The position numbers and the translations under genes were made by a program. The notes beneath the pieces were generated by a model, which was not told where the DNA came from, did no database searches, and saw nothing but the letters and a program-made list of their open reading frames with translations. This document shows, one piece after another, positions 38,201-50,479 of a stretch of DNA of 64,000 nt (positions are counted from its first letter, which is position 1; each line of letters begins with the position of its first letter). Source of the stretch: Tubiluchus corallicola (taxonomy: Eukaryota; Animalia; Priapulida); assembly GCA_030141605.1 (NCBI GenBank), contig JAQGDQ010000676.1, forward strand, positions 50,609 through 114,608. The letters run 5' to 3'.

Positions 38201-39874
38201 TACAAGTAAAATGAGGTACCATTACACCATTGCCGCACATATGGTGGCAACACCTACAAGTAAAATGAGGTGCTATTACACCGTTGCAGCGAGTATGGTA
38301 GCAACACCTACAAATAAAATGAGGTGCCATCACATCGTTGCAGCGAGTATGGTTGTGACACCTACAAGTAAAATGAGGTGTTGTTACACCATTGCAGCAC
38401 GTATGGTAGCAACACCTACAAGTAAAATGAGGTACCATCACACCGTTGCAGCGAGTATGGTTGTGACACCTACAAGTAAAATGAGGTGCTATCACACCGT
38501 TGCAGCGAGTATGGTTGTGACACCTACAAGTAAAATGAGGTACCATCACACCGTTGCAGCGAGTATGGTTGTGACACCTACAAGTAAAATGAGGTACCAT
38601 CACACCGTTGCAGCGAGTATGGTTGTGACACCTACAAGTAAAATGAGGTGCTATCACACCGTTGCAGCGAGTATGGTTGTGACACCTACAAGTAAAATGA
38701 GGTGCTGTTACACCATTGCAGCATGTATGGTGGCGACACCTACAAGTAAAGTGAGTGCAACATTAAACTAGTGTAGACAGTGTATAGGTGTTATAGCACC
38801 TCATTTTAATAAATAAATTTTATAGGTGTCGCCACTATATTCGCTGCAACGGTGTTAAAGCACCTTTAGTGCCTTATACAATTTATTAGACTGGGTGAAA
38901 TGTCAATTTACTCATTAATGTACTTTCCAATTTCCAACAAGCATTCTTAAACTAACAAACATCTTACTCTTACTTAGTACGTATTTTGCTGTACATGTAA
39001 CTATTGTATACATCTTGTGCACTTTTTAATGTCACCATCGTCTTAGGTGCTTTTGTTATGCAACACAGCACTACTCATAATTTTATCTCGTACCCCCTGA
39101 TCTGTCGTCACATGCGAAGTATGTACGTTGTTTAAATATCTAATTTAACCTAAAAACAAGTTTTCTAATAAAAAGGGTTAACCATAACTTAAAGTTTCAC
39201 TCTAATTTTATTAACCCTTTCAGTCCCAAATTATTTTTTAAGAAGAAAAAAAATTTTGGCTTGGTACTTTTGTTCAGTATGTCCATCTTGTTTACACATA
39301 ATAATTATCTTTTTTCTACCTGTGCCCGCTTGCTAAATATAGCCTGTATCCCACGGGATACATTGAGATTCAATGGAAGCATAAAATGTGCTTCATTTTG
39401 CAACTGCTGATAATTTTTCAAAGTATTTAAGACATTTAGTATGCATGCTATGCTGATCTGTACAAAGTCGTCTCTAAAGTACTGTATTTTAACACCATTT
39501 TTAGTCGATTGTTATTGGCTTAAATCAAAATAACTATTAACAGATCAAATAACTGTCACTTTTAAAATTTTATTAATTTTAAAGGCAGAGAATATTCTCG
39601 GATACAACGGATATGAACGGGTTAAATTTCGTGGCTTCGTTCCTAATGAAATCTGGCCTCGAAGTTGCATTTTGCCCCCGGAAACAATTCGTTCGGTTTT
39701 GCTCGTGAATCTTCGGGTCGCAAATCTTAGGCAGTTTAGAGTAGGGGTCTATTTGGTAACAGGTAAGAACTCACCAGCTCCTTTTACGGCCTTTCTCAAT
39801 GTCTCTGCATCTTTATACGGATTGAAGTTTTCAGCGGGGGTAACAGTTCCTGTATCTCCAGGCCTCGACGCCAT
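26209..39874 (-). CDS. Divergent annexin, 8 exons, ~319 aa
   Basis: Exons 39874-39775, 38037-37943, 37008-36883, 33985-33883, 32607-32534, 31946-31712, 27805-27630, 26259-26209; all GT-AG and phase-consistent. Motifs [67 protein letters not shown] and GDTSGWYGKILAALVS*. Confidence 0.92.
28385..29434. repeat. ~1.05-kb quasi-palindrome in annexin intron 6
   Basis: 28385-~28898 is the reverse complement of ~28926-29434, with few mismatches and a ~27-bp spacer. Confidence 0.93.
29397..31798 (-). repeat. ~116-bp tandem array, ~21 units, made of the annexin exon-6 3' end plus donor site
   Basis: Each unit on the minus strand reads ..acaaacgagctaattgaagacgtggtcaaaagagaaacggct..ctgttggatct(c/t)g|gtaagtatt..; the highest-coordinate unit is the real exon end. 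Confidence 0.95.
33350..33570. repeat. Degenerate ~28-bp tandem repeat containing TGACGTCA
   Basis: Units resembling actgtgacgtcactgcagttt. Confidence 0.6.
34095..36882. repeat. 24-bp minisatellite, ~115 copies, filling annexin intron 3
   Basis: Unit acaagcatgcaaagttaacgtact; explains the repetitive ORFs at 34032-36904. Confidence 0.97.
37330..38870. repeat. ~57-bp minisatellite on both sides of annexin exon 2, plus an inverted copy
   Basis: Unit cacctacaagtaaaatgaggtgctatcacaccgttgcagcgagtatggttgtga. Diverged block 37330-37942, homogeneous block 38143-38750, inverted remnant ~38783-38870. Confidence 0.9.
39215..39621. mobile_element. piggyBac-like non-autonomous element
   Basis: TTAA-CCCTTTCAGTCCC ... 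GGATATGAACGGG-TTAA. The related sequence at ~40741-40910 lacks the insertion (empty site). Confidence 0.7.
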
Positions 39875-41029
39875 TTTAAATTACCCAGAAGATCTTGCAA
39901 ACTCAACACAAATGAAGCTATCGAAGTACATACACATTTCAGTTGTTCAGATTCTGTTGTATATTTTAAAATTTAAATAATTATACAATTTTTTTGAATG
40001 GCATTTGTGAGGAATTAAATTTGCGATCGCGTTTGAGATTACGCGTGCAAAAGTTGCAACCGCGTTTGCGATGACGCGTGCGTAACTAGAATCGTAACTA
40101 AGCGACGTTTACAATTGATGACGTCAGCAATTTACATAGAAAAACGCATTTTCTCATAAGAGGATAAAGGTAAGAATCTGTCTGCGCGTAATGCGTGATG
40201 CGTGATCCGTAATGCGTGACACGTATTTACTGTTTCCACGTTTCAGTGAAAACTATGCGTATTAGCAAAACTGACGGCCATCTTTCTGCCATTTTTAACA
40301 ATTTAACATTGTTATTCATGATAATTGAAAGTAATCATTTTTGGAAGCCAATTCGAAATTTCAGTGCAACAGTGAACAATACATAATCATAGCGGTAGAA
40401 TTTTCTTATCGTTGTACCACTAGACAGAAGTACTCAAAGAAAATTGACGTTTGTGGATGCGTAACATTTTACAGGAAAGAAAACCACGTACAGGAAACAA
40501 TGTACACCCCTCATATCACCGCTCAGTGAAACCGGAACTGCAGTTATAGAGATACTGATTTTTTTCGGCAAGTACATTTCCTGTTCCTTGAGGGAGCTGG
40601 CACTAAGCTTGCAACTAGGACACTGATCTAGTAATTGTTGGTACCAGCTGACATACCAGAAAGGTGCTTCCGTTAAACTACATTGTGCCTCTCATGATTT
40701 GAAGCCATGTTCACCGGATCTGCTGCCATAATTATGCTCAGTATGTACGTTGTTTGAAAGACGAAATTTTCTTTAATAAAAAGTGCTAACTGTAACTAAA
40801 AAATTGACAGTAATTTTATCAAATTTCGTGGCAACCGTCTTAATGAAATCGGGCATCAAAGTTGCATTTTCTTCCAAAACATTTTGCTCAGTTTTACTCG
40901 TGAAAATTCGGATAATCTAATTCTAAACAAAAGCGTTACCAATGACTGCGTCGTTTCTGTGATGGTAAATTTGTAAACAAAGCTTCTTCAAAATGTCATT
41001 CCACTTATTGTAGGCATTGCGGCATCAAC

Positions 41030-41335
41030 ATTAAATCTGAGTATTCCATACACTCCTGTCTGCAGCTAACAGTGTAAGTTTTTTTCCTCCTAAAGATAGA
41101 TTTGGTTGAAGTTGTTGAGCATCTTTATTTACCTCACCTATCCAAGTTTTTTTAGGTTTATCAGGTGGGTTTTTGCATGGTTTTAAGGCTTCCTTTAAGG
41201 CAATTCTTACTGGTGCTTCATTTGGTAATATTAGACATCTTAATCTGGACTTTTAAGCTCCAGGAAATTTTTTCGTTTTGGTTTATTAATCTTAATGTTT
41301 GATTATGTTTGGCCATCTTATCTTTAACTTTCCTT
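41030..41335 (-). mobile_element. Decayed RTE-like LINE 3' fragment
   Basis: Broken translation KIRWPNI.., PVRIALKEALKPCKNPPDKPKKTWIGEVNKD.., LAADRSVW. Confidence 0.5.
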
Positions 41336-41336
41336 A

Positions 41337-41865
41337 GACTTCTATGAAATGTGTTAGTCAAATGTAACACGTGATAACCAACGCAGCTCTGCCGTAACTA
41401 AGGACTGAATTTTGCTGGTGCCATCTAGCGAGTAAAACGCAAGAAATTAAGCTCCAGGTTTAAGCTCCAAAAGACTTCCATGAAATGTGTTAGTCAAATG
41501 TGACACGTGATAACCAAATGCAGACTGCTGTAACTAAGGATTGAATTTTACTGGCGCCATCTAGCGAGGAAAACGCAAGAAATTAAAATCCAGCTTTAAG
41601 CTTCAGATGACTTCTATGAAATGTGTCAGAGTCAAATGTGACATGTGATAACCAAATGCAGGCTCTGCCGTAACTAAGGACTGAATTTTGCTGGCGCCAT
41701 CTAGCGAGGAAAACACAAGAAATTAAAATCCATATTTAAGCTTCGGAAGACTTCTATGAAATGTGTCAGAGTCAAATGTGACACGTGATAACCAAACGCT
41801 GGCTCTGCCGTAACTAAGGACTGAATTTTGCTGGCGCCATCTAACGAGTAAAACGTGAGAAATCA
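41337..41865. repeat. ~120-bp tandem repeat, ~4 copies
   Basis: gacttctatgaaatgtg..gtcaaatgtgacacgtgataacc..ggcgccatctagcgag recurs four times. Confidence 0.9.
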
Positions 41866-43437
41866 AGTTTCAGTTTTTCTTCGGAAATGACACCTTCACA
41901 CATGATTTCCGCTTATATAAACCATTAAGAAAAAGTTTAAAAAATATCAAGAAATCTTAGTTAGAACGTTTTCGTTCTGTTTTGTATAAAACTGAAACTT
42001 TATACCATAATCAAATTCGATTTTTGATATTTATTTTTATACAATATGATATTTTATGCAATATTTTCAAAATCATGGTGACCAGACTAATATTTCAGTC
42101 ATTTGTTGTGACTGTGTATAATTGGTGTTTATTTGTGTTTTTTAGTGTTTATTTGTTCTTTAGATTAAAATTTAATGATGGACTAAAATTTTCAACCCAT
42201 GATAACAATATTTTTCAAGTATTATTTAATTATTAGGCTATAGGAAGTATTTCTTGTGAAAAGGCAAAAAGAAACTTAAAATTTGTAACTTGAACTTCAT
42301 TTATTCATTATGGCGTTGCAATCAGTGCACATTAATTACCATCATTACAATTATAAGTACATTTAACATAACTAACATACAAAACTACGTGCCAAGACTC
42401 TGAGCTTCGTAAAAGCCAATGACTTACCAACATGTATAATGTCTTAACTAAATTGTATTTTAAAGAAATAATTTACAAACGAAAAATAATTGAGTTAGGT
42501 TGATAACATTACGATGAAGTTATTTACAAATTTGCATAGTATAATAATAATTATTATTATTATCAAAATGTAATTTTGCATTCAATTTTCGTACAATTGC
42601 TGTTTATTATTTTTTCGCTTTTTGAAAATCTGACTAGAATAAGTGATTAAGAACACAAATCAATTGAAGGCGTAGACAGAACCATCACTGCTCCTAAGTA
42701 TATAATCTAATCCAAATTTATTTTTAAAGCTGTTATGTTTTTTGTGTAAGAATCACATTAGAGCTCTTTTGTACCTGTAAGCAATTTGTAAAAAAATGCA
42801 GTAAGGGTCAGCTGATCAAGTGACCAACAGGTCTTTCACTGCTCCTTCTCGGTTGCAATGAAATTGTCAAATAACCATGTCAACTTTAACAATTATTAAG
42901 AAAATGAAGTTGTCACTCTGTCTATAAAATTTTTACATGCCACTTTATCTACTCTTGCTGTACATCAACTTTCTTATACCAATTTTTACCTCTTATGAAA
43001 TCATAATAAATAGAGTCAAAAACTGCAAGCTTTATCAACGTTTTTTAAGTTTTAATGTGATTTTTTACTGTAAAATCACTTTAATCGACTGCAGCTTCAG
43101 TTTAAACAATTATTGTCTAAATTCATTGCTAATATAATACAATACAATAGTCATTGAACTTCATATTCAATCACATTCTCAAAATAATGAAAATTTTCAA
43201 GCTTACAGACATTCATACATGTATCAGCTTGCTGGTGCAAATAAGAGCTTTTTGCTCATTTGTTATTATCACCATCATCATCAACATCGTCATCTGAATC
43301 ATTAATATCAGTTTACTTTAATTTTATCACATTTTATATTCATGGCGAATGAAAATTTAATCAATATATGTCAAACAAAGTTACTCATTGCAAATTTCAT
43401 TTAGTGTCTGGCTCAATTCTTCAACTGTAAAACTGGA

Positions 43438-46400
43438 TCAACCGCCAATTAGATATCCACTGAAAGAGCCTTCGTTTCCACCACTAATGCTGCCATACTG
43501 ATACTGAACATGAACCTGATCTCCTCTGTTTAAATTTAGAACAACAGAATTCCCAGTGTGGTGCCAACGAGAAGGGTCCCCACCTAAAATTAAAATAAAA
43601 TCTAGACAATTTCTTAATTTGTGAATTTGCAGATTAATTGATTCTTTTTTAGTGTTTATCTCAATAAATGATAATTTGATGCTAGAACATAAAAAATCTA
43701 ATATATTTATAGTTTGTTTTTACAAATACGTACTTTCTTTACAAAACCGATAAATAAAGTCATTGAACGGAAGTTAACTGATATTGGTTACACTCGGTAG
43801 AAAATCTGCATATATTCAGCAAACCGCTCGAACTAAATTTGCTCCTATGTGGCAGCTTCCTATAAAGCAACTTCTTGTATAGGTAACAACAATAAACATT
43901 TACCTGCTTTTACGTAGTCCAAATAATTGTTGTTTATTGGTCAGACTTGCTTTTGTATCATGTAAGTTGCTGCATCGAGCAGCAATGGAATCAGGATAAA
44001 TTTGTGTGAATCATACTAGTTTTCTAAAATTTTCTAGTTGAACATTCCCTAACAAATAAACAAACAAACCTACACCCAAACAAATAAATAGACAAGCAAT
44101 TAAACAAGCATACCTGTACATATCAAGTACATGCGAGCATTTCCGTTTACAATGAGATAGGCTGCGTAGTTATATGATCTGTACTTAACAGACAAATGTA
44201 CTTCGAAGTGGTACGTGCCAGACATAGTTGCCGTAAAGTATCCTAGTAAATAAACAATAAATTGTGAATTGTGAAATTCATAAAGTTAAATACTGAGCGA
44301 AGTAGATCGATTTTCTTGTTTTATTTACATTGTTTTGATGCGACATTTAGCACTCAAGTAGGGCTAGCAGCAGGATCTAGCAAAGCTTCTAGGTGCTCCT
44401 TCTCATTGCCAGACCTTCAATTCATCCGCAATTCTTATGTCAGTCTTAAGTTTATACGCAGATGTAAAAGCTAACAGTTATAAAAGCAAATATTGCAGTG
44501 GCCACTAGAGAAAAAATTGTACCTGTAGATGTGCTATAGGCGTTTCCAATATTAGTGAAGAATCTCTGAAATCGAATCACGCTTCCCCTGCCTCCAGTCA
44601 CATGTGGGTCAAAACTTGAAAAGGCCAATGCTAAAAAAATATTATTACAATAACTGTTATTGAACAACTAAGAATAGAAATTGAAAATACGTCTATTTCA
44701 GTCTGTTAGGTTTATATCAACCCTTACCTTTTTACCAGAAAAATAGAATTATTACAAATAACATTGCAATAACATAAAGTGTCTGTTTGTGTTTCTCCTG
44801 ATTCAAATGAGGATCTAATTAACAGTGAAACTCAGGGTGTCTATTTGTGTTTTTCTTTATGCAGATGAAGACAAAATTAACAGTGAAACTGCTTTGGGAT
44901 AGAAAATCTATAGATAAGATATCTAAAAGAATATATGGAATTATAAATTGCATTTTACATTCAGGAATAAGAAGAAACTGAAAGAGTCTATTTACCGCTA
45001 ACAGAAATTTCTATTTTATTTGAGGAGTGAGCACCGAGAACATTTTTTGCTTGACATTCATATTGTCCGGCATCTTCATGTTTTACTTTTCGTCTCTTAA
45101 GTATAGATCCAGTATCAGGCAATACACTTCCGTCTGATTTCCAAGCGTAGGTTGCTTCCGGGTTGGCATCAGACTTGCATTCGAGTTCCAAAGTTGATCC
45201 CATTACCATGTTAGAACTTCCATTAATAATACTCAATGATGTATTGTGTGGCCGATCTAGACAAAATGTTGACAGCAATTAATTTAATAAAGTGTTTAAT
45301 GATGTAGCTGTAACACCTGCCCTGTGGTCGAGATGTATGAAAGCCAAAAGTATGAAGACAAAGAAACATCAAAAGCAAAATTTCTTTTTCGCTTAAAAAG
45401 CAAATTTTGGAAACTTCTTTTTATTGCTGTTGTTATTGTTATGGAAATGCGATTTTAAACATAATATTTTACAAAACTCAGTAAGAATAAAACATCACAA
45501 CTAATTTTCTTTGCATATAAAATTATATTAAAATCAATGTTATTCTATCAAACTTTATGTTTTTTTGACTTGTAATCTTTGTTTTGAAAAGTAGGAAAAT
45601 AAATTATAATCATTCTTACTTTATCAAGTTTTATGCTTTTTTGACTTGCAATTTCTTTTCGAATTTGCAGGTAATGGTTTTTTCTGGACGGCTCTGAATT
45701 ATATTTTTTATTGTTTCTGTTATGAACCAGATAAAAATATAGAAATTCTTTACAATAATTCGCGTTTTTACGATTATTTTGGTAAGGATAGCTCACATAC
45801 AAATTTTTAAGGATTTGTTATCCCTTTTACTCAAGGTCTAGATTTCACACAATTACTAGATTCAGGTCTTGTTTGTCTCACACAACATTTTTGTAGAAAA
45901 ACAAAAATAGTGAATAATAATTGAATTTCTCTTACAAAGAACATTAAGTTTAACGAAAGGAGAGTTCAACGCTGCATTGCGAATGAAGCTTGGACAGGAC
46001 AGCGTTTTTTTGTTATCACCATTTCTCCCAGGATGGAATGCATGTTCGAGGGTGCTCACTGATGTAGTCAACATTGTCGAACTGTTTGTACAATCAGTTT
46101 GTTTGGAAGAAGTTGTTATATCAACCATATCTGAAAAGTTCATAAAGTATCAAGAAAAACCCCATAGTAAAAACGTTTATTAACATAAAACAAATTCGTC
46201 TAGATGGTGACTATTTTCAAGTATTTAATAGTTCAATGCACTTGATCATGTTTAAGTTTTCTTTGTACTGATCAGATACCTAAACTGAACTTTATGATGG
46301 GATATATATTACATTAGGTTATGACGGGTTGATGCATATTTATTGCAGGTCATTGAAACGTTTTTGTCGAGACTACTTGATAGTTACGTGTGTTTTATCC

Positions 46401-49400
46401 ACAAGCAAGCTCACTTTTGAACAAACTTGCCATGGTCATATTTGTAAAAAAGACAAAATGGTCTTGAAATTTGAAAAAATCTTATTTTTTCCAGAACCTT
46501 TTGTCCTTCAAGTACTTCGTCTGCTGTAAGGTGGAGATAGAATAATAAAAATCACAAAAAATACTGCTAAAACCACAGGTAAACAAGTGGGTAGGTATAC
46601 AAAGACATTAAAATAAAAAATTCATTAGGAAGCTGTATTAAAAACTGATTAAGAAAAAACATTGCAATTGTCATTGTATATTTACACTTTACACGTAGTT
46701 TTGACTGTACTTTTTATGATTTTCATTATTGTATCTCTACCTTACAGCGGTCAGAGTTCGTGAAGCACGAATGTTCCTGTGAAAAATAAAACTTTTTGAG
46801 ATTTAAAGGGACTTTGTCTTATTTACAATTTTGAAGGATTATCGTAAATTAACGTAAATAATAAATTTAGTAAAGTACGTTTATTAAAACAACAAGTTTT
46901 TAAAACTGAATTACTGCATGTATATATATATATATTATTATTATTATGAGTTTATTTCGTATAAAAATATACAGCTTACAAAGATAAAGATGTTAGTAAA
47001 ACACGTAATACGATGTTAGTAAAGTAACATATCTACAGACATTCAACTTTATAATAACCACTCATTGTAGTTCCCTTGTAATTATATTACATTATACAGT
47101 GTTGTAAGGAGCTATAATAGATATCTTAAAACATAATCTTTAAATGAGTTCTTAACCTTTAATTTTACATTTTCGTTTAGATCTACAGCACAACCATATT
47201 TAAATCTTAAATTTACTTGACTGTTATTTACATAGTAGCACAGCTTTGAATTCTCAATGCACAAGACTTTGAAATTTTTCTCACAAAGTTTAATTTTCGA
47301 CTATCTATTAAATAATTCGCAGTCATTGTGCCACAAAAATACATTAACTATTTCACGCTTTCATTTTGTCTGAAACCAAATATTTTTCTATAAGCAGTGT
47401 TCCATTTTACCCTAACGGCATTAACTTCATTTTTGATATACCCCAATTTCGCATCCGTATAATAAAATGGGTAGACAATATGTAGTGATCAGAGTTTTAG
47501 CTACGATTATCATCAGTTATTTAAAAAATACCATAATGTATCATGCTTGAACAGAAATTATGCAACTAGTTTTATCAACCATTAAGTAGAAACTAAATAA
47601 ACTTCTAAAAATGTTTCATTTGATAAATTGATTTCTTGTGATCTTTGCCACTCATCAATCTTATTAAATGTTGTATATTTAAGGTGAGTGATGTATAATA
47701 TATATATCAGTCGTACATTTTTCAAAATATTTTTTTTTACATTTTTAGCCGATCATAAGGCTGCTTGCAAACCTACAGAATGGAGAAAAGAACATGCCAC
47801 CAATTTCATCAGAGATAAAGGTTTTGAAGAAACAATCTCCCCGGCAAAACTACAAGATACTTGCCTCGCATATGTTAAAAGCTCTGAAAGAATGGAACAA
47901 ACAGGGATGAGGAAATGAGAAAAAAGAAGAGAGAGAGAGAGAGAGAAGCAGAAAAGGAAGGGCTTTGAGAAATGACTGATTATTAAAGACTAATTATTGC
48001 TTAATACCAGTATATGATTAACAGAAAAGAATAGATGCTTCAATCTTGCATGAGAGAGGAATTGGGTTTTTACTAGATGCTGAAAAACTTTCGCTGATAC
48101 CATTACTGTCCTGGCAAGTGACAATAACAACAGTGTGTTACACTGGATAATATAAAATACGTTATAAACAGAATTTATATACATACCAATGTACCACTTG
48201 ATGTTAGGAGTTGGGTGAACATCTGACACCACGCATTTGAAAGTTTCGTCTGAGTTACTTGCCAAAATTGTAACTTCCAGTGTTTGTACTTCATCGTCAT
48301 TTAAGAACATGGTCATTCGCTTTGTTGGTCGAACTGTAACAGGTAAACACAAACCACTACATCATTTTTCAGACAATCTTAACCATTATCAATCATTTTC
48401 AGCACAATCTCAATCTTGCAAATGCACAAATGAGCAATACTAGTCTGAAAATGTTTCGCATCTTCATTGGGACACGAACCCAGGCCATCTGTTGGCTGTG
48501 CGAGCTATGATAGCCATTGCACTACACAGACACGCTGCTTTTCAGACTTCGAAATTTACTATAAAAGCTACTAGAGGTCTATCAACATGAAATAACAGTT
48601 CACACTGCAACAAGACATAGTAAACGTCACTATCTTGTGAATGCATGAAAAGAATTGTAAATTGGTCTTAAAAACTTTGTACTTCCACTGGTACTCGAAC
48701 TCAGGACGTTCTGCTTTCCAGTTGTCAAGCTATTTCTTAATTTCCTGTTGCATTATGATTGCAAAATTAAGTTTCTGTTTGTCGAAATTCATAAAGGTTC
48801 ACACAATGATCATAGCAACAGTCTTTTAGATACATTTACACAGTATAATACTATTTATCAATAGTTTTATAAATGAACTCTAATCCATTTATATACAAAC
48901 AGTGTAAAATCTGCAAAATATGTGTGGCTGCCATAATTGACCTTGTGGTTTTTCGCCACCCTTTCTCCATACAATTAAGCTTTCTTTTTAACACCAAGCA
49001 AACTACTAACAAAAATTTATCATTTTGTAAATTGTCAAAATTATTACTATGCCTGTCATTTACTGTAGAACTTAAAGGAGATAAATAAAAAAATCTTAAA
49101 AAGAAAGAGAGCTCTTATCATACCATATCTTATCGAGTTTGCATATGTTTAATGACATACCTATTACAGTCATGTTTGCATATGTTTAATGACATACCTA
49201 TTACAGTCATGTTTGCATATGTTTAATGACATACCTATGACAGTCAAGTTGGCGTTCTGGGATCCCTGTTCAATGTTTGGTTTTCTAAAATACTTGCACT
49301 TGTATGTGCCTTCATCTTCGACAAAACTGGCTTTATTAATACCAATGCTGTACACACCAGTTTGATGGGCATTGTTGTCTAAATAAGATATTCGTCCTGT

Positions 49401-50479
49401 GACATTCAGAATGCTTCCATCTTTGTACCATTTCACGTGATAATTGAGGAACATGTGATGCCTGTTGATTCGGCATTCGAGAGTCACAGCGCTACCTTGG
49501 ATCACTTCAGTGCTTTGTGGTTCCTTGTCAAAGTAGTTACCTCTTACACCTGTTTAAGAATAATAATGGTGCACGGACACAACATTGCAAAACTGAACCT
49601 ATTGACTGTAACAGTAATTATCTTTTTATTATTTGATAACTCTGAAGAAAATAAGATTTCAGTTTAATTTGAAATTATTGAAATTTCTCTAATTCATTAG
49701 CTGGTATTAATGAGCAACTGTAGAAAGAAAAGAAACCGCAAGGAGGACAGCTGCTGACTTACATCAGTTTCATTCAAAAACATCTTATCAACACACCATT
49801 ATAATTATATTAAAAATATAGAAACATGGGAGGTTGTGGGTGACAGAGCATCACAAACTAGAGTAATTACAAGGGTCGTATCAGAGGATGTGTGACTCTA
49901 GAGACGAAGAGGAACGAGCAACGAGGAAGTCAGGAAATAGATCCATTTAGTGATGATAAAATTCATATAGTAACAGTCAGGGAACACCCTGCACAATGTT
50001 TCATAAAGTGTCTTTCAGTGTAAATTATTCATTCTTTTTATTTTTTATTTTTTTATTTTTTAAACAGTGAAGTGTTCATTCGAACAAAAATCTTCCAAAA
50101 TGTAGTATAGAGGTTCAGTAAAGCACAACAAAATTAATTGAGAGAAAACCAATGAGTCATACTAATTGAATATCCTCCTTTTAATTGAAAAATTAGTTAG
50201 GACAAATAACTATAAGGAAAGCTGAAAAGAATAATGAAACACGTTAAAGACTATTGCAATTATCATGAATACCTGACATGAATAATAATTGATAATATGA
50301 CTTGCTTAATTTGTACTGTAAGTGGTACATACAATCTTAGGTACGTAAACTCTATTTTGCATAACTTATAAAGATTTCAATTTGAATTCCATATGGATAT
50401 TACTGATGAAATGCATCTCAGAAAACTCACCCTTTACAACTAGAAAAACGAGCAAACCAAAACACCACATCCTAAGCAT
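43438..50479 (-). CDS. Secreted Ig-C1q protein, copy A: signal peptide + 3 Ig (V/I-like, C2-like, I-set) + globular C1q, ~449 aa
   Basis: Exons 50479-50431 (MLRMWCFGLLVFLVVK), 49549-49235, 48333-48187, 46130-45936, 45256-44996, 44630-44523, 44242-44114, 43583-43438; all introns phase 1, GT-AG. Ig motifs C..WYK..DEGTYKC and DAGQYEC. gC1q motifs AFS..IRF..TNIGNAY..STGYFTA..SGTYHF..SVVLNLNRGDQVHV..SFSGYLI. Confidence 0.85.
49137..49246. repeat. 37-bp triplication of an Ig exon end plus donor site
   Basis: gtttgcatatgtttaatgacatacctattacagtcat starts at 49137, 49174 and 49211. Confidence 0.9.

Noticed and set aside
44728-44797. Hydrophobic terminal exon (EKHKQTLYVIAMLFVIILFFW*) giving a membrane-anchored Ig isoform; also at ~55802-55871
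   Set aside because: Phase 0, incompatible with the phase-1 Ig donor, and not conserved in copy C. Worth rechecking only if RNA-seq shows use.
46495-46780. TM-like stretch (LPVVLAVFFVIFIIL) and small candidate exons in copy A intron 3
   Set aside because: No in-frame acceptor for the TM-like stretch; the flanking exons already join into a complete Ig domain.
50274-50329. Alternative first exon for copy A (MYHLQYKLSKSYYQLLFMS)
   Set aside because: Poor signal peptide; 50479-50431 is the clear homologue of the copy B signal exon.
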